A DNA stretch of 64,000 nt. Origin: Minisyncoccota bacterium. Its GTDB lineage: Bacteria; Patescibacteriota; Minisyncoccia; Minisyncoccales; JAGOPM01. Both the position numbers and the translations under genes were made by a program. The notes beneath the pieces were generated by a model. It made no database searches, was not told the DNA's origin, and was given only the letters and a program-made list of their open reading frames with translations. This document shows, one piece after another, positions 1 to 7,795 of this stretch; the first letter of the stretch is position 1, and each line of letters begins with the position of its first letter. The DNA is taken from positions 891,920-955,919 of the forward strand of contig JBAZJI010000001.1 in assembly GCA_041651395.1 (NCBI GenBank), in the 5' to 3' direction.

Positions 1-1
1 T

Positions 2-1267
2 GGCCGCGCATTTGACGAATTGCGCCAGCTCACCGCCAAGGTAGCGGTTTTGCCGCGGGCCCATGGCTCGGGCTTTTTTGCCCGTGGGCAAACCCAGGCG
101 CTTTCTATTTGTACCCTGGGAGCTCCCGGAGATCAACAACTTTTGGAAGATATCGATTTTCAAGGCAAGAAGCGCTACATGCACCACTATAACTTCCCGC
201 CATATTGCTCAGGCGAAGTAAAACGCTTGGGTCCGCCGGGCAGGCGTGAAATCGGCCACGGACAATTAGCGGAAAACGCTTTAATACCCTTAATCCCGGA
301 TGTCGACCAATTTCCATACACTATCCGTGTGGTAACCGAGATACTTTCTTCTAATGGCTCCACCTCTATGGCCTCGGTTTGCGGCTCGACGCTTTCTTTA
401 ATGGATGCGGGCGTGCCGATTAAAAGACCTTGCGCCGGTATTTCTATTGGTTTGATGCACGGCTCAAAATTAGGACCAAATTCCACCGACCAAAGATTCA
501 AACTTTTAACTGATATCCAAGGTCCCGAAGACCACTACGGGGATATGGACTTCAAAGTTGCCGGCACCTCTGAGGGTATTACCGCCATCCAATTAGATGT
601 AAAGCTTGATGGCTTAACTCAAGAGATAATTGAAGGGGCTTTAAGCGCAGCCAAAACCGCCAGAACGCAGCTTCTTGGTTTAATTACCGCCACTATTAGC
701 GAACCCCGCAAAGAGCTTTCTCCCTACGCACCGGTTATTGTCAATTTCCAGATAAACCCAGAAAAGATTGGCGAAGTTATTGGCCCGAAAGGCAAAACTA
801 TCAATGAGATTGTAGCCAAATACGAGGTGACGGTTGATATTGAAGATGATGGTAAAGTTTTTGTCACTGGTACCGACAGGGCCAAAGCTCAAGCCGCCAT
901 TGAAGCCATCAAATCCATTGTTAAAGAATTCCAAGTGGGAGAAATTATCAAAGGCAAAGTCGTTAATATTATGGACTTTGGCGCCTTTGTGGAGCTTAGC
1001 CCTTCTACTGACGGCCTGATACACATCTCTAACTTAGCCAACCATCGGGTAGCGAAGGTGACTGATGTGGTAAAGGAAGGCGATATTGTGGATGTAAAAA
1101 TTATCGGTATCGAAGATAATGGGAAAATAAAACTTTCCCTTAAAGATCTTACACCCGGCGCGCCAGCCGAAGAAAGCGAACCCGCTCGCGAACGCGCACC
1201 AAGGTTTAATCCTCGGGGTGGCTCCCGCGACAGGGGAGGCGACCGCCGCCACGATCGTAGACGCTAA
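2..1267 (+). CDS. pnp: Polynucleotide phosphorylase (PNPase), 5'-truncated by the window edge: second RNase PH domain + KH + S1, with an Arg/Gly-rich C-terminal tail
   Basis: The frame is open from base 2 (GRAFDELRQL...). Motifs: LPRAHGSGFFARGQTQAL and SSNGSTSMASVCGSTLSLMDAGVP (RNase PH-2), GEVIGPKGKTINEI (KH), GKVVNIMDFGAFVEL..DGLIHIS (S1). The tail is PRGGSRDRGGDRRHDRRR. Confidence 0.92.
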   Translation, partial: GRAFDELRQLTAKVAVLPRAHGSGFFARGQTQALSICTLGAPGDQQLLEDIDFQGKKRYMHHYNFPPYCSGEVKRLGPPGRREIGHGQLAENALIPLIPDVDQFPYTIRVVTEILSSNGSTSMASVCGSTLSLMDAGVPIKRPCAGISIGLMHGSKLGPNSTDQRFKLLTDIQGPEDHYGDMDFKVAGTSEGITAIQLDVKLDGLTQEIIEGALSAAKTARTQLLGLITATISEPRKELSPYAPVIVNFQINPEKIGEVIGPKGKTINEIVAKYEVTVDIEDDGKVFVTGTDRAKAQAAIEAIKSIVKEFQVGEIIKGKVVNIMDFGAFVELSPSTDGLIHISNLANHRVAKVTDVVKEGDIVDVKIIGIEDNGKIKLSLKDLTPGAPAEESEPARERAPRFNPRGGSRDRGGDRRHDRRR

Positions 1268-1282
1268 ATTGCAAATAAGCAG

Positions 1283-1320
1283 AAAAGCCCCATACCGATA
1301 ATATTGGTGTGGGGCTTTTC
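1283..1320 (+). terminator. Intrinsic terminator after pnp
   Basis: Long hairpin: aaaagcccca(t)acc / ggt(g)tggggctttt, loop gataatatt, ending in a short T run. Confidence 0.6.
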
Positions 1321-1380
1321 CACTGATATTAATTCCCAAACCTTGCGCAATTTGTTAAAATATTGTTGACGTTAAAAACC

Positions 1381-3579
1381 ATGGCGCAACAATTACGCGG
1401 CCAAGATTTTGTTGTAGATACACAGGGGCCCCAAATTAATCCCAATAATATCCGGACAATGAAAAAGGACATCGCATTGTCCAAAGGTTTAGCAGAGCCG
1501 CAAAAAACATTTGTTGCCCCGGAGCTGTGGCCGCAAAAGCAGCCACAGCAAGCACCCCCAAAAACAATTTCCGCCAACGCGGGGCAAAGCAAGCCGGTAA
1601 AACAAAACACTCCCGCACCCGCTCAACCAACTTCCCCGGGAGAATTCAAAATTATTACCGGGGGCTCCTCTATTAAAACCGCAGCTAAACAAACACCCTC
1701 TCCAGAACCTCTGGAGCAACCGCTTAAGCCCAGCAAGCCCGTAAAATTAAAAGAGGGCGATGTTGTCATTCTGGAAGCTTGGGAAGTCGGAGCCGGCTCA
1801 GGAGCTATAGGCAATTATGATCAATCCGGCTCGCCTGAAATCCCGTCAGCCGGCCAAAACGGTAATGGAAAAAACGGGGAAATGAAAACCCTTAAGGTCA
1901 ATTTGGGCCTCAAAGAAAATAAGCCGGCCCAAAACGGGGCAACCGCGACAAACCCTGCTACTCTCAATCAGAACCAAAACCAAACTCCAGTAAATCCCAA
2001 TTCTCAACCTCAAGCCCAAATCCCCATTACCCCTAAACCAGAACCTAAACCCGTAAGTGTCACGATAAATAAACCCGAGACTAGCCAAGCCCAAACACCC
2101 CCTAAACAAATTATTCCCGCACCTAAACCCGAAGAACAACTCCAAAAGGCTAAAGAAAAAGAAGAGTTCGAAAAGAAAGAGCAGATTTTCGGTTTCAATC
2201 CTGAGGTCCAGCTAATGATAAAAAAGGGCGCTGCGCCCGCCAAGCCCGTTGAGAAAAAAACCATTCCCCAACCAGTAACCAAACAAGCAGCCCCGCCTTT
2301 AATGGCTCAGATTCCTCCCGACATGGTTCCGCCTCCGCCGCCAAGCATGGCCGCCTCTAAAATGGCCAGCGCCTCCCAAGAGGAGGCAAGCATAAAGATG
2401 CCAACACCCAAAGAAGGGGGTAAGCCTTTGCATTTAGATGAATATGAACCGCAAGAATTACCCGGCTACGAATGGATCGAGCCGGTCGATGTGCCTGGAC
2501 GCAAAAAAACACCGCCACCCAAAGATAAATTCACGCAAGAAATAGAAAAAGTTATTAAAGCGGGCAAACAAGCTTTTGCCCAGACAGCGCCGGAAAGGCT
2601 GCCACTAAAACCGCCATCACAAAGCGCTCAAGCCTTGCCAAACAAACCCCCAGTTACTCCTGAGCCGGAAAAACCCAAGGATGCCAGAACGCAGCTTCGG
2701 GAGACTTTGGCGGAAATTCATAAACAAAAATCCATACTTTCGACCGAGAAAGACGCCATCTTAAAAAATATTGATCTGCAAGCCAAGGAAATCAGAAATT
2801 CCACCCAAACCCTGCAAAGCGGCCTCACGGAACTTTTACGGAAAAAAGAAAATTTGGAAAACACAATTTTGGCTGATGCAATGGCGCACGAATCCCAAGT
2901 TGAAGAAAAATTACGCCAAATAATCGCCAGCCAACGGACGGCCCGGGGCCTGCTCCAAGAAGAAGAATTGGAGCGTCAAAGGGAAGAAAAAGAAACCGAA
3001 CGGAAAATGGCAGAAAAAACCCGCTGGGATATTGAAGACAAAATCCTTAAGCTCATAGACCAAATGGAGGCCAATAAGCTCCAATACCAAGCGATGCTGG
3101 CCCAAGAGGAAAGGCTGCACGAAAAAAAACTGGACATGCTCCATCGCGAAGAAACCATTGATCTGGAGGAGCAAAAAATAAATTGCGAGTTAGAACTCTT
3201 GGATATTGATAGCAAACAAAAAGATCTTTCCTCGCAATATTCCGCGCTGTTGCCTGCAAAAAATATTATCAATAAATCCCTCCACGAACTTTCCGGCGAA
3301 AAGCTCGCTATTGACCAAGAATTGGTTTCTTTAGAGAGTAAAGAGAAGGAAGTTGAGGGGGCTGACAAGCGCAAAACTGAAGAAACCCGTCAAAATATTG
3401 AAAATAAACGGCGAGTAGCGGCCCAAGCTTATTTGCAAAAAGTAAAAGAAAAGGACAAAATAGAACAAGAGCTAACCGCGGTTACAAAGTCGGTGCAAGA
3501 ATTTTCAAGTAAAGAACAAAAACTTAAAGATAAAATCATTTCTCTTGAGCGACAAATAAAATCAAAGAGAAAAAAATAA
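1381..3579 (+). CDS. Hypothetical protein: P/Q/K-rich low-complexity N-terminal ~470 aa plus a C-terminal ~260 aa coiled coil
   Basis: Long uninterrupted ORF. The first ATG is at 1381 (the track start at 1363 is TTG). No TM segment, no signal peptide and no recognisable family. The C-terminus is E/K/Q/L heptad-like. Confidence 0.6.
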   Translation: MAQQLRGQDFVVDTQGPQINPNNIRTMKKDIALSKGLAEPQKTFVAPELWPQKQPQQAPPKTISANAGQSKPVKQNTPAPAQPTSPGEFKIITGGSSIKTAAKQTPSPEPLEQPLKPSKPVKLKEGDVVILEAWEVGAGSGAIGNYDQSGSPEIPSAGQNGNGKNGEMKTLKVNLGLKENKPAQNGATATNPATLNQNQNQTPVNPNSQPQAQIPITPKPEPKPVSVTINKPETSQAQTPPKQIIPAPKPEEQLQKAKEKEEFEKKEQIFGFNPEVQLMIKKGAAPAKPVEKKTIPQPVTKQAAPPLMAQIPPDMVPPPPPSMAASKMASASQEEASIKMPTPKEGGKPLHLDEYEPQELPGYEWIEPVDVPGRKKTPPPKDKFTQEIEKVIKAGKQAFAQTAPERLPLKPPSQSAQALPNKPPVTPEPEKPKDARTQLRETLAEIHKQKSILSTEKDAILKNIDLQAKEIRNSTQTLQSGLTELLRKKENLENTILADAMAHESQVEEKLRQIIASQRTARGLLQEEELERQREEKETERKMAEKTRWDIEDKILKLIDQMEANKLQYQAMLAQEERLHEKKLDMLHREETIDLEEQKINCELELLDIDSKQKDLSSQYSALLPAKNIINKSLHELSGEKLAIDQELVSLESKEKEVEGADKRKTEETRQNIENKRRVAAQAYLQKVKEKDKIEQELTAVTKSVQEFSSKEQKLKDKIISLERQIKSKRKK

Positions 3580-3588
3580 CAGAAAATT

Positions 3589-3981
3589 ATGGACAGTGAA
3601 TTTTTAGCCAAACAAAAAGAAGCGCTCTTGGCAGAAAAAAAATCCTTAGAAAAGGAATTGGGAACATTTGCCCAGCCCGACAAAAATATTAAAGGCGACT
3701 GGGATACCAAATTTCCGGAAATGTCTGGAGGCGAAGCAGGGAATGCAGGTGAGGGGAGCCTTGATACCGAAGCCGATGAGGTTGAAGCTTACGAGGCCGA
3801 TCTTTCCGTGGAGCACACCCTCGAGGACCGACTAGCCGAAACCAACAAAGCTTTGGCAAGAATGGAAAAGGACCAATATGGGAAATGCACTTCCTGTGGG
3901 ACAGAGATCCCAAAAGAAAGATTGGAAATAAAACCTGAGGCTGAGCTTTGTATGGAATGCGAGGCCAAAGAAATTCACTAA
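3589..3981 (+). CDS. DksA/TraR-family C4 zinc-finger protein
   Basis: C-terminal CTSCGTEIPKERLEIKPEAELCMEC (CxxC-x17-CxxC), preceded by an acidic coiled-coil region. This is the typical DksA/TraR architecture. Confidence 0.8.
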   Translation: MDSEFLAKQKEALLAEKKSLEKELGTFAQPDKNIKGDWDTKFPEMSGGEAGNAGEGSLDTEADEVEAYEADLSVEHTLEDRLAETNKALARMEKDQYGKCTSCGTEIPKERLEIKPEAELCMECEAKEIH

Positions 3982-3990
3982 TAGATAATT

Positions 3991-5535
3991 ATGGCTGTCA
4001 AAATCTTTTCAGCGGCAATTGTAGGTTTTGGCGGGCGCATTATTGAAATTGAAGTGGAGGCTACACACGGCCTCCGCTCTTTTGATATTGTCGGCCTACC
4101 GGATAAATCCGTGCAAGAATCCAAAGACCGCACGTGTGCGGCCATAAAAAGCTCAGGTTATTCTCCGGCCTTTGCCCAAGCCAAAAAAGTTCTAGTCAAT
4201 TTAGCGCCGGCTGATCTGAAAAAGGAAGGTAGTTTTTACGATTTGCCCATTGCTTTGGGTTATTTGCTAAAAACCGAACAAATAAAATTTGACCCACGAG
4301 GAAAAATTTTCATCGGCGAGCTTTCGCTTAATGGCGAGCTCAAGCCGGCGCGGGGAGTTTTGGCTCTTTGTTTAGCTATCAGGGAAAATAAAGAGATTGC
4401 CAATATTATTGTGCCGCAGGCTAATGCCAAAGAATGCGCCCTGGCCTTTTTGGACACACCACAAAAAATCAATATTATCCCAGTTAATAGCCTTAAACAA
4501 ACCATAAACTGGCTGCAAGGCAAAGAAAAAATCGAAAATTACCAAATAGATAAAGAAATATTTTTAGGGGAGATTAATGACAAAGAGGGTATAGATATCG
4601 GCTGGATAAAAGGGCAGGAAACCGCTAAACGCGCCCTAGAAATTTGCGCCTCCGGCGGGCATAATCTTTTAATGGTTGGCCCACCCGGTGGAGGCAAAAG
4701 CCTTTTGGCCAAAGCCTTGCCCTCGATTATGCCGCCACTGGCTCTAAATGAAATGGTGGAAGTAACAAAAATTTATAGTTTGGCGGGGTTGTTGACTCCG
4801 GAAAACCCATTCATGGGCAGCCGGCCGTTTCGCTCACCTCACCATACTGCCAGCCCCTCAGCCATTGTGGGCGGGGCCGGAACAGCTAATCCGGGCGAAA
4901 TCACTTTGGCTCACCGGGGTATCTTATTTTTAGATGAATTTCCCGAATTCCACCGCGATGTTTTAGAATCTTTAAGACAACCGATGGAAGATGGCACTAT
5001 CACCATTTCGCGCGCCAAGCAGCGCGCCACTTTTCCTTGCCGTTTTACACTCTTGGCCGCGGCCAATCCCACACCCGGGGGATATTTTGAAAATGACGAT
5101 GGGCCAAATTATACCTCGGGGCAACTAGCCAAATATAAACGCAAACTTTCCGGCCCCATCGTCGACCGTATTGATTTATATGTAGAATTACCTCAAGTAA
5201 AATACGACAACCTTATCGACCAGACGCGGCAAGCCCAAAGCCAAAAAATCAAATTAAAAGTATTGGAGGCCAGAAAAATCCAAGTGGCCAGATTTGCCGG
5301 GCAGGGGATTCTGCTCAATAGCGAAATGCAGGTGCCGCAAATTGAAAAATATTGCCAGTTGGATACAGCGTCCCATAATTTGGCCAGAAAATTTGTCGAT
5401 TCAGGCGCGCTCTCGGCCCGCGGCTATCACCGAGTTTTGAAAGTTGCCCGCACTATTGCCGATTTAGCCAGTGAGCCCAATATTAAACAAGAACATTTAA
5501 GCGAAGCTCTAATGTTTAGGCAAAAAAATAATTAA
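3991..5535 (+). CDS. comM: YifB/ComM-family Mg-chelatase-like AAA+ ATPase
   Basis: N-terminal Lon-like domain, Walker A LLMVGPPGGGKSLLAK, Walker B GILFLDEFPEF, and the C-terminal motif SARGYHRVLKVARTIADL typical of ComM/YifB. Confidence 0.9.
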   Translation: MAVKIFSAAIVGFGGRIIEIEVEATHGLRSFDIVGLPDKSVQESKDRTCAAIKSSGYSPAFAQAKKVLVNLAPADLKKEGSFYDLPIALGYLLKTEQIKFDPRGKIFIGELSLNGELKPARGVLALCLAIRENKEIANIIVPQANAKECALAFLDTPQKINIIPVNSLKQTINWLQGKEKIENYQIDKEIFLGEINDKEGIDIGWIKGQETAKRALEICASGGHNLLMVGPPGGGKSLLAKALPSIMPPLALNEMVEVTKIYSLAGLLTPENPFMGSRPFRSPHHTASPSAIVGGAGTANPGEITLAHRGILFLDEFPEFHRDVLESLRQPMEDGTITISRAKQRATFPCRFTLLAAANPTPGGYFENDDGPNYTSGQLAKYKRKLSGPIVDRIDLYVELPQVKYDNLIDQTRQAQSQKIKLKVLEARKIQVARFAGQGILLNSEMQVPQIEKYCQLDTASHNLARKFVDSGALSARGYHRVLKVARTIADLASEPNIKQEHLSEALMFRQKNN

Positions 5536-5540
5536 CCAAA

Positions 5541-5566
5541 AACCTCCCCGACCTGGGGAGGTTTTT
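5541..5566. terminator. Bidirectional intrinsic terminator between convergent comM and the M23 peptidase gene
   Basis: aacctcccc-gacct-ggggaggtt hairpin (9 bp), flanked by an A run upstream and a T run downstream. Confidence 0.8.
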
Positions 5567-5576
5567 ATATTTTTGA

Positions 5577-6680
5577 TTATCGAAGCGGATTGCGCGGGGC
5601 GGCCCCGGAAATGCTGCCAACCTCAAAGTGCACATGGCAGCCCGTAACACCGATGGTTCTGCCTGTATTGCCGATCAAGCCAATGGTTTGGCCAGTGACC
5701 ACATCTTCACCCTCTTTAACGTTTACTCTTCCCATGTGGGCATAAAGGGTGGTTAAACCCGAAGGATGTTGGATTTTAACATAGCTGCCAAATCCGCCAT
5801 TATATCCGGAAGTCCGGACTTTCAAAACTTTTCCGCTAGCCGCAGCAAAAACCGGCTGGCCGCAAGAGCCCATACCCGGTGCTAAATCAACCGCATTGCG
5901 GAAGTGTAAACCTTGCGTCTTTTTGCAAACTCCACTCACGCGCGGAATTGGGCAGATAAAATAACTGTCGGGCACGATATTGTCTGCATATTGGCCTTGG
6001 GCAGAATAAGTCGGAGCTTTAGCTGGCATCTTCGCATTGGGCAAAATCAAAATATCCCCAGGGTAAAGCTTTTCGCTATCCAATTCATTAAAGGCAATAA
6101 TTTTATCCTTTCCTGACTGATAAATTTTAGCGATTTTATCCAAAGAGTCGCCATTTTGAACTGTATAAACCAAGCCATCGACCGGTAAAATTATCAAAGA
6201 CATTCCTTCTTTGATGGCGCTCTTAGCGCTTAAATCATTAGCCCAATAAATGGTTTGCGGCTTAATATCGTATTTATCAGCGATAGACTGGAAGGTATCG
6301 CCCTTTTGAACAATATATTCCACAATTTCCTTACCTGTAATACTTTGGGCTTCGGGCCTCTGCTCCTGGTAGTCATCTTCAATATTGGCAAAAGTTCTTA
6401 TTCTGGCGTTTTCCGGAGAGCAAACCGGCGCCAAACTATTGCCTTGGATAATATTCTGGTCGTAAACAGCCGCATCTTCGTTGCGCTGGGTGAGGTAAGG
6501 GGTTTGGCAATCCGCGATGTTTTCCGCCTTCACGGCAAAACGGGTGGCATCTGAAGTATTGTCGGGTAGTAAAAGCAAGCCAGTGGTTATGGCCAATAGT
6601 ATAGTTCCGATGCTAAAATAAGCTTTTTTATGCACCCCCTGAAGAAAAAATTCCTTCTTTAAGTGTCGAAATCTGGACAA
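5577..6680 (-). CDS. Secreted/membrane-anchored peptidoglycan endopeptidase: 2x LysM + M23 peptidase domain
   Basis: LysM repeats (YIVQKGDTFQSIADKYDI.., YTVQNGDSLDKIAKIY). M23 core: GGFGSYVKIQHPSGLTTLYAHM..GQTIGLIGNTGRTIGVTGCHVHFEV. The track start (6680) is TTG. A GTG at ~6635 giving MHKKAYFSIGTILLAITTG (signal/anchor) is an equally plausible start. Confidence 0.88.
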   Translation of the reverse strand: MSRFRHLKKEFFLQGVHKKAYFSIGTILLAITTGLLLLPDNTSDATRFAVKAENIADCQTPYLTQRNEDAAVYDQNIIQGNSLAPVCSPENARIRTFANIEDDYQEQRPEAQSITGKEIVEYIVQKGDTFQSIADKYDIKPQTIYWANDLSAKSAIKEGMSLIILPVDGLVYTVQNGDSLDKIAKIYQSGKDKIIAFNELDSEKLYPGDILILPNAKMPAKAPTYSAQGQYADNIVPDSYFICPIPRVSGVCKKTQGLHFRNAVDLAPGMGSCGQPVFAAASGKVLKVRTSGYNGGFGSYVKIQHPSGLTTLYAHMGRVNVKEGEDVVTGQTIGLIGNTGRTIGVTGCHVHFEVGSISGAAPRNPLR

Positions 6681-6750
6681 AATAGGATTTCCAGCCCTGC
6701 TTAAGCCCTAAGTAGGCCTTCCCAAGAGCCGGTTTTTTAGGCTATTTATG

Positions 6751-6779
6751 ATTATGGCACCCCTTCAAGGGCCGGTCAA
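6751..6779 (-). promoter_or_regulatory. Sigma70-like promoter for the M23 peptidase gene (TTGACC-17-CATAAT)
   Basis: On the minus strand, TTGACC lies at 6779-6774 and CATAAT at 6756-6751, with a 17-nt spacer. Confidence 0.45.
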
Positions 6780-6922
6780 GGCATTTTTGACTTATTTATT
6801 TTACGATCATAAAACAAAAACAACCTTAAAAATTGCCGTTTTAGAGGAAATTTTACACATTTTATCCACAAGCCATTAAAAACTAGTGATTTTCCCGGAC
6901 TTTTTGCTATACTGCCTGTATT

Positions 6923-7750
6923 ATGGAATATGACTTATTTGATCCAAGCCAGATAGAGCTGCTACTCTCCAGTCATGGGTTAAAACCGGCCAAAAGATTC
7001 GGACAAAATTTTATTATGGACCCAGAGGCTGTTGGGGCCATCATTGCCAGCGCACAAATAACAAAAAAAGATACGGTTTTAGAAATCGGCCCGGGCCTTG
7101 GAACCCTAACAGGGGCACTTTGCAAAACGGCCAAAAATGTCCTGGCTATTGAAAAAGACCCCAATATGGTGGGTATTCTGAGAAAAACCTGTGCCAAGTT
7201 CAAAAATTTACAAATCATCCATGCTGACGCTCTAAAATTTGATTGGGCAACAATTAAGTCTCCGTATAAAATTGCCTCTAATCTGCCTTATAACGTCGCC
7301 TCCCACTTAATCAGGCAAATCTTGGAAAGCTCCAACCGGCCGCAACTAATGGCCTTAATGGTTCAAAAAGAAGTAGGGGAGAGAATTGTCGCCCAGGCCC
7401 CGGATGCAAACATTTTGGGCCTTTCGGTCCAAATATACGCAAATGCCTCTCTAGAACTCATCGTACCCAGCACTGCTTTCTATCCCGAGCCAAAGGTAGA
7501 TAGCGCCATTGTCAGAATAGAACCAAAAAATGACGCACCGAGCGCTCAAAAAACTGCCGATATTTTCCGTTTGATAAAAATTGGCTTTTCCAGCCCCAGA
7601 AAAAAACTTTCTAACAATCTTAGCACTGGTCTTAATAGGCCTAAAAATGAAATTGAAGCCCTAATGGCCAAAGAAAATATCGATCTTTTGAGCCGCCCGG
7701 AAAACCTTTCTTTACATGACTGGGAAGTGTTAATAAAACATTTGGGATAA
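6923..7750 (+). CDS. rsmA: 16S rRNA (adenine1518/1519-N6)-dimethyltransferase RsmA/KsgA
   Basis: KRFGQNFIMDP, SAM motif VLEIGPGLGTLT, and NLPYNVAS. Length is typical. Confidence 0.92.
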   Translation: MEYDLFDPSQIELLLSSHGLKPAKRFGQNFIMDPEAVGAIIASAQITKKDTVLEIGPGLGTLTGALCKTAKNVLAIEKDPNMVGILRKTCAKFKNLQIIHADALKFDWATIKSPYKIASNLPYNVASHLIRQILESSNRPQLMALMVQKEVGERIVAQAPDANILGLSVQIYANASLELIVPSTAFYPEPKVDSAIVRIEPKNDAPSAQKTADIFRLIKIGFSSPRKKLSNNLSTGLNRPKNEIEALMAKENIDLLSRPENLSLHDWEVLIKHLG

Positions 7751-7762
7751 GCCTTGCGCGCG

Positions 7763-7771
7763 TGGTAAAAT
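7763..7771 (+). promoter_or_regulatory. Candidate extended -10 element (TGgTAAAAT) upstream of the T4SS-like operon
   Basis: TGGTAAAAT lies 25 nt upstream of the 7796 ATG. No clear -35 element. Confidence 0.3.
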
Positions 7772-7795
7772 AGTCGTGTAACAACAAATACGCGC

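Noticed and set aside
6862-6870. Perfect DnaA box TTATCCACA 53 bp upstream of rsmA, in a 240-bp spacer.
   Set aside because: It is a single isolated 9-mer. On both strands of 64 kb, roughly one chance occurrence every ~130 kb is expected under uniform base composition, more often in AT-rich DNA. There are no companion boxes, so it is not called as a regulatory site.
6748-6879. 43-codon plus-strand ORF (MIMAPLQGPVKAFLTYLFYDHKTKTT...) in the M23-rsmA spacer.
   Set aside because: It has no recognisable family and overlaps the predicted minus-strand promoter of the M23 peptidase gene. No independent promoter or terminator was seen. It is too weak to call.
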